DNA of 64,000 nucleotides from Clostridia bacterium (GCA_017416855.1 JAFQAZ010000022.1:41675-105674); one strand, 5' to 3'; positions 27,513-36,788 are shown, counted from the stretch's first letter. Notes: generated from the sequence alone by a model not told the origin. Numbers and translations: made by a program.

Positions 27513-28310
27513 TTACGGTTGCTTACCAATGTAAGCTAAGATACCACCATCAACATAGAGAACGTGACCATTCACGAAGTTAGAAGCATCAGATGCTAAG
27601 AACACAGCAGGACCCTGCAGGTCTTCCGGAGTTCCCCAACGGGCTGCCGGAGTCTTTGCAATAATGAACTGGTCAAAGGGATGTCTGGAACCATCAGCCT
27701 GCTTCTCACGAAGGGGTGCAGTCTGAGGTGTTGCAATGTAACCGGGTCCAATGCCGTTACACTGAATGTTATATTCACCGTATTCAGAGCAGATGTTACG
27801 AGTGAGCATCTTTAAGCCACCCTTTGCTGCTGCATAAGCAGAAACGGTTTCGCGGCCTAATTCACTCATCATAGAGCAGATGTTAATAATTTTACCGTGC
27901 CCCTTCTTAATCATGGAAGGAATAACAGCCTTTGCCATAATAAAGGGAGCATTCAGGTCAACATCAATTACCTTTCTGAATTCATCAGCAGACATTTCGT
28001 GCATAGGAATACGCTTGATGATACCGGCATTGTTAACCAGAATATCAATCACGCCAACTTCCTTTTCAATGGTAGCAATCAGGTTCTGTACCTGTTCTTC
28101 GTTGGTTACATCGCAAACGTAGCCACGAGCTTCAATACCGGCTTCTTTGTAAGCAGCCATACCCTTGTCTACCAATTCCTGATTAATGTCGTTAAACACG
28201 ATTTTTGCGCCGGCTTCAGCATAAGCAGAAGCAATCGCAAAGCCGATACCGTAAGAAGCACCGGTAACCAGGGCAATTTTACCCTCTAAAGAAAAGCTTT
28301 TCATATCCAT
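27513..28310 (-). CDS. SDR oxidoreductase, gluconate 5-dehydrogenase / 2-dehydro-3-deoxy-D-gluconate 5-dehydrogenase (KduD)-like
   Basis: It has TGASYGIG, NNAG, YAAAK, and the INICSMMSELGRETVSAYAAAKGG block typical of IdnO/KduD-type SDRs. It sits in a cluster with kduI. Confidence 0.85.
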   Translation of the reverse strand: MDMKSFSLEGKIALVTGASYGIGFAIASAYAEAGAKIVFNDINQELVDKGMAAYKEAGIEARGYVCDVTNEEQVQNLIATIEKEVGVIDILVNNAGIIKRIPMHEMSADEFRKVIDVDLNAPFIMAKAVIPSMIKKGHGKIINICSMMSELGRETVSAYAAAKGGLKMLTRNICSEYGEYNIQCNGIGPGYIATPQTAPLREKQADGSRHPFDQFIIAKTPAARWGTPEDLQGPAVFLASDASNFVNGHVLYVDGGILAYIGKQP

Positions 28311-28330
28311 TTCAATAGTTCCTCCTTATA

Positions 28331-29401
28331 TTAAATATTAACTGTTTCTTTTAAAAACTTATAAAGTCCTTCGGTGATCCAGTAGAAACCGAGCTCATTG
28401 TAATGAAGCCCGTCTACCGTTACCTCATGCCATATACTATGGCCGTTAACTTCCTTTGGAATGTCTTCATCCAGGCAATAAATATAAATATTCTTATCAC
28501 CTGCATTTTTTCTGTCATCCACGATTTTTCTCTGAATGTCTCTGTCCCTCATTCTTCTCTCCATCAATCCGGGAACAAAGGTATCCTTACCCCCTACAAT
28601 AAAGGGCAGTACCACAATGGGTGTTTCGGGATGCTTTTGGCGGTAGATGTCAATAAATGCCGCAAGTTTTTCCTCCAGCCATTCACTGGAAGGGCAATTA
28701 CCCTCGGTACTGATGAGAAGAACAGCAGGATTTTCGATTTCAGCAATAACCTCTGCAACCTCCGGCTCACTTTTACCGCTGGAATTAAAACCAAGGTTGT
28801 AGGCTTCTAAATTAAACCATTTGGAAAGAAGTGCCGACATACCCATTCCGTTACGGCTGGCACTTGCCCCCTGCTGAATCGAACCACCATAGACAACAAT
28901 TTTTCTGTCGTCATCAAACTTGTGCCACGGTGCAGAAATTTCCGCTTCATCATTAAGACCGATTAAAACCTTGTCAACACCCCCATAGGACGGAAAAACA
29001 ATGAGGACATCAAGGTCCTGTTCTTCATCGAAACTAATTAGACTTCTCTCATAGAAATGCTCTGTACCATGCAAATTTTTGGACACATCGATAAACACAA
29101 AGTCCTTGCCGTCTTTTGAAAGGTAAAGGTCAAAGCTATGCTTTGTAGTCTCTGCCGTATGTGGTGCACGAATATGATCAAAATAACCGGGCTTAGATGA
29201 AAGACTTACCTGCAAGGTGAGTTCCTTAAACTTAGCATGGAATCTGATCTGTCCCCCTGCCGTTTCATTGGCAAGGCCGTCAACCGCCTCAGGAAGAGGT
29301 TTTGAAGGTGCAAGGGGCATACGTCTGTAAACCTTATCCTGCTTGTAAAAAGGAAATCCGTACAGTTTGAAGGGTTCTGACTGTGGATTATACCATTTCA
29401 T
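28331..29401 (-). CDS. SGNH/GDSL-type hydrolase (putative carbohydrate esterase)
   Basis: An N-terminal beta-rich region is followed by a C-terminal SGNH-like half (VVYGGSIQQGASASR ... DGLHYN). It lies between kduI and the kduD-like gene. Confidence 0.55.
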   Translation of the reverse strand: MKWYNPQSEPFKLYGFPFYKQDKVYRRMPLAPSKPLPEAVDGLANETAGGQIRFHAKFKELTLQVSLSSKPGYFDHIRAPHTAETTKHSFDLYLSKDGKDFVFIDVSKNLHGTEHFYERSLISFDEEQDLDVLIVFPSYGGVDKVLIGLNDEAEISAPWHKFDDDRKIVVYGGSIQQGASASRNGMGMSALLSKWFNLEAYNLGFNSSGKSEPEVAEVIAEIENPAVLLISTEGNCPSSEWLEEKLAAFIDIYRQKHPETPIVVLPFIVGGKDTFVPGLMERRMRDRDIQRKIVDDRKNAGDKNIYIYCLDEDIPKEVNGHSIWHEVTVDGLHYNELGFYWITEGLYKFLKETVNI

Positions 29402-29419
29402 GACTTACAACTCCTCTGT

Positions 29420-30250
29420 TTATCGCAAATCTTTCGTTGCAATACCATCCATATCGGTAAATTCCTGATTTTCGCCACACATAGCCCAGATGAAGGAATA
29501 GTTACGGGTACCAACACCGGAGTGGATGGACCAGCTGGGGCTGATAACAGCTTCTTCGTTGTGCATAACCATGTGACGGGTTTCCTGAGGTTCGCCCATC
29601 ATGTGGAAAACAACATCATTTTCGCCTAAATCTAAGTAGAGATACACTTCCATACGGCGGTCATGAGTGTGACAGGGCATGGTGTTCCAAACGGAACCTT
29701 CCTCTAAGTTGGTCAGACCCATAGACAGCTGACAGGTATCCAATACTTCCGGATGAATGTACTGGTTGATGACGCGCTTGTTAGCATCTGCAGCACTACC
29801 GCAGGGAACCTTCTTAGCTTTAGCAATGTCAATCTTAACGATGGGATAGCTCTTGTGAGCCGGGCAGGAGCTGATGTAGAACTTAGCAGGATTAGCCTTG
29901 TCTACGCTCTCCATAATAATTTCCTTGTTGCCCATACCAATGTACAGACCATCACGAGGGAGCATATCATAAACCACACCGTCAACGGTGATTTTACCTT
30001 CACCACCAACGTTAATAACGCCCATTTCACGTCTTTCTAAGAAATAAGCCGCTCTTAATTCGTCGCCGGCTTCAATAGCCAGTTTCTTATCAACAGGCAT
30101 AGCACCGCCGGTGATAATTCTGTCAATGTGGCTGTAAACCATCTTTACATTGTCGGGTGTGAACAGACCGGTGATTAAAAATTCATCACGGAGTGTTTCA
30201 GTTGTGTAATGTTTAAAATCTTTGGGATTGGTTGCGTTTCTAACTTCCAT
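29420..30250 (-). CDS. kduI: 5-dehydro-4-deoxy-D-glucuronate isomerase
   Basis: It is a 276-aa cupin protein with the HTHDRRMEVY metal site and a KduI-like N-terminus (MEVRNATNPKDFKHYTTETLRDEFLI). Confidence 0.9.
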   Translation of the reverse strand: MEVRNATNPKDFKHYTTETLRDEFLITGLFTPDNVKMVYSHIDRIITGGAMPVDKKLAIEAGDELRAAYFLERREMGVINVGGEGKITVDGVVYDMLPRDGLYIGMGNKEIIMESVDKANPAKFYISSCPAHKSYPIVKIDIAKAKKVPCGSAADANKRVINQYIHPEVLDTCQLSMGLTNLEEGSVWNTMPCHTHDRRMEVYLYLDLGENDVVFHMMGEPQETRHMVMHNEEAVISPSWSIHSGVGTRNYSFIWAMCGENQEFTDMDGIATKDLR

Positions 30251-30279
30251 TTTTTATTCTCCTTTTAAAATATTTTTAT

Positions 30280-30295
30280 GCTTGCAAAGGCAAGC
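30280..30295. promoter_or_regulatory. palindrome between lacI-family gene and kduI (operator or weak terminator)
   Basis: GCTTGC-AAAG-GCAAGC lies 30 nt upstream of the kduI start. There is no clear U-run on the minus strand. Confidence 0.25.
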
Positions 30296-30313
30296 TTGTT
30301 TATAAACTTATTG

Positions 30314-31285
30314 TCAGCAGGATTCCCGTTCTACCAAATGATAATTCAGTACCTCGCGAACGCTTTTCACATCCTGATTGGTTTGCTTTAAAAGTGCATC
30401 CACCGCCAGAACGCCCATTTCATAAAAGGGAATGTGAACCGTTGTCAGACTGGGGCGGAACATTTCGCTTGTGGGCACATCATCCATACCAGCCACCATA
30501 ATATCCTTTGGAACTTCAAAGCCAAGCCGCTCTGCAACACTCACAAATAGCATCGCATGAGTATCACAAATGCCCAAATAAGCATCCGGTTTTTCGTTCT
30601 CCGAAAGAAGAGCCGTCAACCGTTCTTCCAGTTGCTCCTTTGGCACATCTTCGAGGCACAGGTTAGGATCAAACGGAATACCTGCTTCTTGCAGACCTTT
30701 CTTATAGCCGGCAATTTTATCGCGGTCAATCCGCAATTTTTTTACATCGCCGGTAATCGCAATCCGTTTGCATCCTTTTTCGACTAAATGACGTGTGAGG
30801 GCGCAGGCAGCATCAGACACATCCACAGAAACAAAGCTGGATTTAGGATGTTCCATCATGCGGTTAATGAACACATGAGGAATGTTGTGCTGACACAATA
30901 ACTCCTCTTCCCGGCACTCATCCTCCATGCCTTTACCGATAATAATCACACCCAGCTTACCATGATCCCAGACCGGATAATCCTGAGCGGATTTTTCCCT
31001 ATCACGACGTACAATGGAAACCGTAATACCCTTTTCATTGGCAGCGCTCATAATACCATCTACAACACGGGCAAAGCCGGAAAACTGCTCCAAATCGTGA
31101 GAGGCGCTGATTTCCAGCTCCAATTTCATTTGCTTATTAACGGCAAACTCATTCACACCGCCAAGCTGCTCCATAGCAGCAATAATGGCCATTTTCGCGG
31201 CGGCTCGAACATTCTCACCGCGCAAAAAGCGGAACACCGTACTTCTCGATACACCCGAGGCTTTAACTATTTCAGAAACTTTCAT
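30314..31285 (-). CDS. LacI-family transcriptional regulator
   Basis: An N-terminal HTH (MKVSEIVKASGVSRSTVFRFLRG) is joined to a periplasmic-binding-protein-like sugar domain. ATG 31285 has a GAAGGA SD, and the track's TTG at 31306 is less likely. Confidence 0.85.
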   Translation of the reverse strand: MKVSEIVKASGVSRSTVFRFLRGENVRAAAKMAIIAAMEQLGGVNEFAVNKQMKLELEISASHDLEQFSGFARVVDGIMSAANEKGITVSIVRRDREKSAQDYPVWDHGKLGVIIIGKGMEDECREEELLCQHNIPHVFINRMMEHPKSSFVSVDVSDAACALTRHLVEKGCKRIAITGDVKKLRIDRDKIAGYKKGLQEAGIPFDPNLCLEDVPKEQLEERLTALLSENEKPDAYLGICDTHAMLFVSVAERLGFEVPKDIMVAGMDDVPTSEMFRPSLTTVHIPFYEMGVLAVDALLKQTNQDVKSVREVLNYHLVERESC

Positions 31286-31309
31286 CAAATTATCCTTCTG
31301 TCTCAAAAA

Positions 31310-31329
31310 AGTGAAACTCTTGTTTCACT
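31310..31329. promoter_or_regulatory. candidate LacI-family operator (autoregulation)
   Basis: The perfect inverted repeat AGTGAAAC-TCTT-GTTTCACT lies 25 nt upstream of the regulator's start codon. Confidence 0.3.
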
Positions 31330-31364
31330 TTAATAATACCATTGTTTTAATGCTTTGTCAAGAA

Positions 31365-31400
31365 AAAAACAGCAACACATAACGCGTTGTTGCTGTTTTT
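31365..31400 (-). terminator. rho-independent terminator after the RAYT-like gene
   Basis: The stem is cagcaaca / tgttgctg with a 10-nt loop, and a T-run follows on the minus strand. Confidence 0.55.
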
Positions 31401-31899
31401 AATCGTTTGTACTATAATAGCAATCTTGTTCCCATTTAAGTACATTAGTATCAATATATTCCCAAATTTTCAGATAATCCTCTTCGCTACGAATAATGTG
31501 GTCGTAAAAAGAGCGTTGCCAGATAGACTTTTTAATGGAATGCATAAATGCATTCCCTACATTTCTTGTCACCCCTGCTTTAAACTTTCCAACAACATTC
31601 GGTATATCATTCTGTATCGTAGGGAAGGGATTTATCCCTTCCGCATCTACAATTACAATAATCATGTGGATATGGTTGGGCATAACCACAAATTTGTCTA
31701 TCTGAATATTATTGTAATGTGATTCAATCTTACCTAATTCCTGCTGAACTATTTCCCCTAAACGGTTTAAAAGAATTTCGCCATTTTTAATTTGACCAAA
31801 CAAATGCAATTTTTGACATGTACATATCGTCACAAAATACGCCCCGGGTGAACTATAATCAAACCCCTTTAACCGTATATTCTTTCGCTCCGGTAACAT
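31399..31899 (-). CDS. REP-associated tyrosine transposase (RAYT) / IS200-like Y1 HUH-family protein
   Basis: It has the N-terminal RLKGFDYSSPGAYFVTICT block, the HUH motif MPNHIHMII, and the Tyr motif IWQRSFYDHIIRSEEDY. It is 166 aa and has no partner tnpB. Confidence 0.75.
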   Translation of the reverse strand: MLPERKNIRLKGFDYSSPGAYFVTICTCQKLHLFGQIKNGEILLNRLGEIVQQELGKIESHYNNIQIDKFVVMPNHIHMIIVIVDAEGINPFPTIQNDIPNVVGKFKAGVTRNVGNAFMHSIKKSIWQRSFYDHIIRSEEDYLKIWEYIDTNVLKWEQDCYYSTND

Positions 31900-31902
31900 A
31901 AT

Positions 31903-33189
31903 TTAATCCAGCTTGACAATCCCAAGACCATCTTTAATTTCAATTTTGGTGCCTAAGGGTGCTGACAATTCTGCCAAGCGTTCCAGAATAGAATTATCCT
32001 TAGCCGGTGATGGGAAACCACTTCTTGAGCGTGGCAATGCATAATTTTCTTCAACCGGCATTAATTCCAGTTTAGTCAGCTTGCCGTCTTCCATTTCCCA
32101 ATAGGGAATCACCGTTTCAAACATAACCTGCTGTGTCATTAAACCCATGCGGAAATTATCGGTACGGGTTTTGAACAGTTCATACATTGTTGCATCAGAT
32201 GTCAGGCCGTATTTAGCATAAAAATCTTCCGGTGCCACCTGACCGCTTTCAACCTGAGTCATAAAATCACCCAGCGAATAGAAAATAGGGCACTCTTTAT
32301 ACACTTCAATACCACGGAGCAAATGGGGGCCATGGCCAATAACACCGTGCGCACCGTTATCAATACAGAAATGTGCAAAATCATATAAAAATTCTGCCGG
32401 CCGGGCCTTAATATCTGCACACTGATGGGCATGAATAGACACCATGATGTAATCCGCAGAGAACTTAGCTTCTTCAATAGCCTTGGCAATTCTGGCAAGG
32501 TCTGCCTTATTCATTTTCCGTTCCCAACTGGGTGTATCCCCTGCCTTAAACTGCAGTTCGCCCAATTCAGCACAGCCTTCCTCCAACTCAGGATAATAAC
32601 CCTCTTTACGGGTGATTTCCTTTGCAATGTTAATACCGGTCGCTTCACCGATTTCTTTAATATATTCAAGTTGCTCAGGGGTAACAATCAGTTTACTACT
32701 AATGCGCAGACCGTTCACGCCGGGGCGGCCGGGTAAGCGTCTGCCCTGATCACCCGCCATGGATGCAGCATTAAAGGATGCAGTTACACTGATTAAAGCA
32801 ATTCTGCCTTTAGGAGTATCTAAATAAGCAGGAGCAGAAGCCTGGGCTAAATTTTCACCAACACCGGTGTTCACAAAGCCATATTCACGGATATATTCTA
32901 AGGTCTGGAGCAAACCGTCATAGGAGTAGTCCATACTATGGTTATTGTTAAAGGATAACACATTAAAGCCGTAAGCGGCTACATCTTCCAAAATTTCGGG
33001 GTCAGCACGGAGCCAAGTACCGCCGGAATATTGAGAACCATAACAAGTCCCCTCACGGTTTAAGGTTGTTTCTAAGTTAGCAAAACGAAAATCGCCTTTT
33101 GCAATGTAATCGCGTACCTCTTTAAAGCCATCATATTCACCGGGCATACGGCGTTGCATTAACAAGTCACCAACTGCTGTAAATTTCAT
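31903..33189 (-). CDS. CapA-family (PGA_cap metallophosphatase-like) protein
   Basis: It has the blocks FTAVGDLLMQ, ANLETTL, SFNNNHSMDY and HAHQ, which are typical of CapA / poly-gamma-glutamate capsule synthesis proteins. Confidence 0.8.
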   Translation of the reverse strand: MKFTAVGDLLMQRRMPGEYDGFKEVRDYIAKGDFRFANLETTLNREGTCYGSQYSGGTWLRADPEILEDVAAYGFNVLSFNNNHSMDYSYDGLLQTLEYIREYGFVNTGVGENLAQASAPAYLDTPKGRIALISVTASFNAASMAGDQGRRLPGRPGVNGLRISSKLIVTPEQLEYIKEIGEATGINIAKEITRKEGYYPELEEGCAELGELQFKAGDTPSWERKMNKADLARIAKAIEEAKFSADYIMVSIHAHQCADIKARPAEFLYDFAHFCIDNGAHGVIGHGPHLLRGIEVYKECPIFYSLGDFMTQVESGQVAPEDFYAKYGLTSDATMYELFKTRTDNFRMGLMTQQVMFETVIPYWEMEDGKLTKLELMPVEENYALPRSRSGFPSPAKDNSILERLAELSAPLGTKIEIKDGLGIVKLD

Positions 33190-33291
33190 TACTCTTCCCC
33201 TTTTCGTTATTTGTTATCTTTATTGTATCACATTTTAAAAGTAACTGCAAGACAATGACACTTTAATTTTTTATTAACATAACTGCAAATT

Positions 33292-33379
33292 GTAGGGAAC
33301 GTCCTATATGTCTTTCCTTTTTACATTCTCCGTAGGGAACGGTTTTATCCGTTCCGGAATGTATAAATGCATCCCATAC
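33292..33379. repeat. REP-like elements (copy B: a decayed half-copy plus a 48-nt double hairpin)
   Basis: Positions 33332-33379 read gtagggaacggttttatccgttccggaatgtataaatgcatcccatac, and 33292-33317 is a decayed copy (gtagggaacgtcc...). The reverse complement matches copy C at 43/48 positions by hand alignment. Confidence 0.6.
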
Positions 33380-33423
33380 ATTATTGCGTCAAACAAACAG
33401 ATGCCGTTTATTTAATTAAGCAC

Positions 33424-33455
33424 AAAAAAAGAAGCACGACATACGTCGTGCTTCT
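33424..33455 (-). terminator. strong rho-independent terminator of the SLH-protein gene
   Basis: An 11-bp stem (agaagcacgac / gtcgtgcttct) with a 4-nt loop is followed by T7 on the minus strand. Confidence 0.7.
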
Positions 33456-33493
33456 TTAACCGAATTACTTCGGAAAGTTGTTATAAGTTAAAC

Positions 33494-36487
33494 TTACCGT
33501 TTGTCGAATTTAGCTTCGAAAGCAGAAGTTGTACCAGCGGTAGCCTTGTCATATTTGTAGGTTACTACTTCAACAACTGCACCGTCGTCTACCTTAACAA
33601 CTGCTACATAAACGTCAGTTGTGTAGGTGCCAGCAGTGTCTTTTGCTTCTCTGATGTAGCCGATACCGGACTTAGCAGCGAAAGCATTGTTAACATTAGC
33701 GGAAGCCTTAGCTACGTCAAACAGAACATTTGTAGCGTTAGCATCCAGATCCCAACCTAAGGTCTTAGTAGCATAGTTGTTGTTCAGAGTAACGAACTTA
33801 GAGCTGATACCTTCAACAACACCAACGTGGTATTCAATCTTACCAGGAACATCGTTAGCATCTTCAATCACACCACCGTCAAATGCAATTGAACCAGTAA
33901 CAGGAGGAACTGCAGTAGGTGCAGCAGCTACGTATTCTTCCATATCGAAGATACCTACCATGTTGTTGATTTCGCCAGCAGCATTAGTGGTGTACTGGAT
34001 GATATCACCCGCAGACAGGTCGGAAGCATCAAAAGAACCGCCTACATATGCATCATTGGTTACTGCCAAACTCTTCATTTCGCCAGCCTGGAAGAAGTTT
34101 ACGATGTCAGCAGAGTTGCCAGCAGCATCCAGACCAGTGGATACGCTCTTAACAACTGCCAGTGCGTTTGCTTTACCAGCAAAGCCCATGTTGCTTGTAA
34201 TCAGAGTAGCGCCGATAGCCATATCGGAATCTACGTCGAATACATAACCAGCATAAGTCTGATCATCTTCCAGACCGCTTACAGTGTAAACCTGAACTTT
34301 GTTTTCGTCCAGAGTGTAAGCAGCAGGAGAAGCAGAAGGAACAGCATCGAAAGGAGCGTTGAATACTACAGTGCCGGACAGCAGGTTGTAGGAATCCAGT
34401 CTTTCAGTTCTGTTGTTGTACTTAGCGCCACCAGCAAGAGTAGCTTTGTTGAAGTCTCTTTCGTTAGAACCAGTGAAGGTATCAGCGAAGTCAATTACGC
34501 TGATTTCGTCACCGCTCAGGTTGTAAGAGATTAAACGAGTTGCTGCAGTTGCAGGATCGGGAGTGTCAACAGCTGCCTTCAGGGTAGCCAGAGCAGCACA
34601 CTGATCGCATACGCAACCAGCAAGACCGGTGCAAGCGTCATTCTTCTTAACAATGCCGTCTACCTTAACATTGTTCTTAACATCATAAGTAACAATAGCA
34701 TTGTCTTTGTTCAGCATCTTGATCTGCCAGGTCTGACCGAAGGAAGAAGTATCCAGAGCCATGTCGATAACGAAAGCGTAGTTACCGCTGAAGCCCTTGG
34801 TTAATTCTGCATCATAGAGGTAACCATCAATGGTCAGGTAGAAGATACCAGCGTCGCCGGCATTCAGGCTACCCAGAGCAGCACCGTTAGCTTTTTCATA
34901 TTCAGCACCGTCAATGGTGTATTCAAAAGTGCTGGGGTTGTACTGAGAAACAGTTGCTTCGATGGTTTCGTTGCTTACATAAATGTCAGCAAAGTTTGCT
35001 ACAGTAAAGTCAGCAGCGTTATCGGAGATGATATTCAGGATATCGCCTTCAGCGATGTCAGCTAATTCGATTTCAGCACCATCTTTAATGATGGAGTAGA
35101 TGAATTCGTCTTTAACTTCATCTTCGTTCAGAGTTAAGTCACCCTTATCGGTGGTGATGATAGCCAGTTCGGTATCTACGGATTCAACCATAGCATATTC
35201 GTACTGGGTCAGCATTACTTTGTTGTACAGGCCGGTAGCCTTAGAACCTAACAGAGTAACGGAGCTGTAAGTACCGTTGTTGATATCAGCAACAGTGAAA
35301 GCATCAATAGTGTTGTTGTAAACGCCGTTTACATAAACGCCTACGTTACCAGCAACATCCATCTTAGCGTCCTTCAGTCTGTCATTTTCCCAGTAGGAGA
35401 AAACAGGAGCTGCAGTAGCAGAAGCTACGGTTACGCTGGAGATTTCAGTTACAGGTTTGGTGAAGGTCATGGTTTCGATAGATTTCATATCGGGAACCAG
35501 AGCGATAACTTCGAGTTCGCCGTCAGCGTTTACAGTTAAGTAAGCGTTAACAGTGTAGCCCAGCAGTTCGCCAACAGTAGTGTCGTTGAACAGGGGTTTG
35601 AAAGTAGTACCAGTACCATCAACCTGAGCTAACAGCAGACCAAATTCATTCATGATCTGGCCAGCGGGGAATTTGTACAGACCGTTAGCAACAACTGCTA
35701 ATTCAATCTGCATATCGCCATTGCTCTTAATCAGAGTAGCGTCAGATCTGTAAGTGTTAGCAACAGTAGCTTTCACTTTGTAGATGTCGCTGTACTGAGA
35801 TAACAGAGTACGACGTTCGTCGTAGCTACCACCCATGTAGGTCTTACCTTCGAAGATGCTGTATTCTTCTTCGTCACCTAAGGTGATGAAAGAAGCATCC
35901 ATCAAAGGAGCGTCAAAAGAGTTGTAAACTAACTTAGCAACGCCAGCTCTTGTAGCTGCGCCGTTAGCAGGGCTCATAGCAACGCCATTGGTGATGCCAT
36001 AAGTGTTAGCAACTGCCATGTAACCGGTGGGGAAACCGCCCTTTTTGGTTGCCAGGGGTTCGAAGCCCATAGCACGAACGATCATGGTAACTGCTTCCTG
36101 ATATGTAACGTTTGCATCAGGATCAAAGTTGCCATCGCCTTTACCGTTTACGATACCGCTGCCTGCTGCCCAACCGATGTAACCAGCTGCCCAGTGGTTA
36201 GCTGCTACGTCGTTGAAGTTAGCGGAGCTGCCGGAAGCAGCTGCTTCAGCGTTCATGGTTCTGCAGATTACTGCTGCAAACTCAGATCTTTTGATGTTTG
36301 CATCGGGATCGAAAGAACCGTCTTCTCTACCAGTCAGGATTTCGAGGGCAGACAGAACTTCGATAGCTTCGTAAGCTGCGTTGGTGTCATCGACGTCAGT
36401 GAAAGTGGCTGCGCTAGCGCTAACAAATAAGCTCATCAGCATAGCAACAGTCAGGATAACTGACATCAGCTTTTTGAGATTTTTCAT
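33494..36487 (-). CDS. S-layer-homology (SLH) domain cell-surface protein, candidate S-layer protein
   Basis: A signal peptide (…LFVSASA) is followed by three N-terminal SLH repeats (FTDVDDTNAAYEAIEVL..., FNDVAANHWAAGYIGW..., GGFPTGYMAVANTYGI...). The remaining roughly 800 aa are Thr/Ala/Val/Asn-rich. The SD is GGGAGGA. Confidence 0.9.
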   Translation of the reverse strand: MKNLKKLMSVILTVAMLMSLFVSASAATFTDVDDTNAAYEAIEVLSALEILTGREDGSFDPDANIKRSEFAAVICRTMNAEAAASGSSANFNDVAANHWAAGYIGWAAGSGIVNGKGDGNFDPDANVTYQEAVTMIVRAMGFEPLATKKGGFPTGYMAVANTYGITNGVAMSPANGAATRAGVAKLVYNSFDAPLMDASFITLGDEEEYSIFEGKTYMGGSYDERRTLLSQYSDIYKVKATVANTYRSDATLIKSNGDMQIELAVVANGLYKFPAGQIMNEFGLLLAQVDGTGTTFKPLFNDTTVGELLGYTVNAYLTVNADGELEVIALVPDMKSIETMTFTKPVTEISSVTVASATAAPVFSYWENDRLKDAKMDVAGNVGVYVNGVYNNTIDAFTVADINNGTYSSVTLLGSKATGLYNKVMLTQYEYAMVESVDTELAIITTDKGDLTLNEDEVKDEFIYSIIKDGAEIELADIAEGDILNIISDNAADFTVANFADIYVSNETIEATVSQYNPSTFEYTIDGAEYEKANGAALGSLNAGDAGIFYLTIDGYLYDAELTKGFSGNYAFVIDMALDTSSFGQTWQIKMLNKDNAIVTYDVKNNVKVDGIVKKNDACTGLAGCVCDQCAALATLKAAVDTPDPATAATRLISYNLSGDEISVIDFADTFTGSNERDFNKATLAGGAKYNNRTERLDSYNLLSGTVVFNAPFDAVPSASPAAYTLDENKVQVYTVSGLEDDQTYAGYVFDVDSDMAIGATLITSNMGFAGKANALAVVKSVSTGLDAAGNSADIVNFFQAGEMKSLAVTNDAYVGGSFDASDLSAGDIIQYTTNAAGEINNMVGIFDMEEYVAAAPTAVPPVTGSIAFDGGVIEDANDVPGKIEYHVGVVEGISSKFVTLNNNYATKTLGWDLDANATNVLFDVAKASANVNNAFAAKSGIGYIREAKDTAGTYTTDVYVAVVKVDDGAVVEVVTYKYDKATAGTTSAFEAKFDKR

Positions 36488-36622
36488 AGTTTCTCAAATC
36501 CTCCCTTATAATAATTTTTTTATTTATCGAAAGAGTTTGGTTATGAGTGTAACTCATTCCTCTTTCAAAAACGAGAAACACCAAACGGATGAGATAGTAC
36601 ACCTATCTCCACCCTTGCATTG

Positions 36623-36651
36623 ATTATATCACTTGTTTTTGTGATAGTCAA
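36623..36651 (-). promoter_or_regulatory. near-consensus sigma-A promoter of the SLH-protein gene
   Basis: On the minus strand the sequence reads TTGACT, a 17-nt spacer, then TATAAT. This implies a 5' UTR of about 125-130 nt. Confidence 0.6.
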
Positions 36652-36788
36652 TGCCTGATTTGCAGTTGTAATAAAATTGTAAAACTACTGATATTTTTCT
36701 TTAAAACAACGGCAAATCTTATATAATTAACACGTTAAAAACGCGTAATTTCTGTAATTTTTTTCTATGACATTCAGGTTGTTATATC

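Noticed and set aside
33242-33291. Short repeats of aactgcaa(a/g) near REP copy B, with an inverted 10-mer at 36657-36666 near the SLH promoter.
   Set aside because: Matches of 9-10 nt are far below chance significance in a 64-kb window. Their order relative to the REPs is not symmetrical.
33777-34247. A 156-aa plus-strand ORF inside the SLH-protein gene.
   Set aside because: It is antisense to a strongly supported, codon-biased gene. Its low-complexity Ser/Thr/Ala/Pro composition mirrors the opposite strand.
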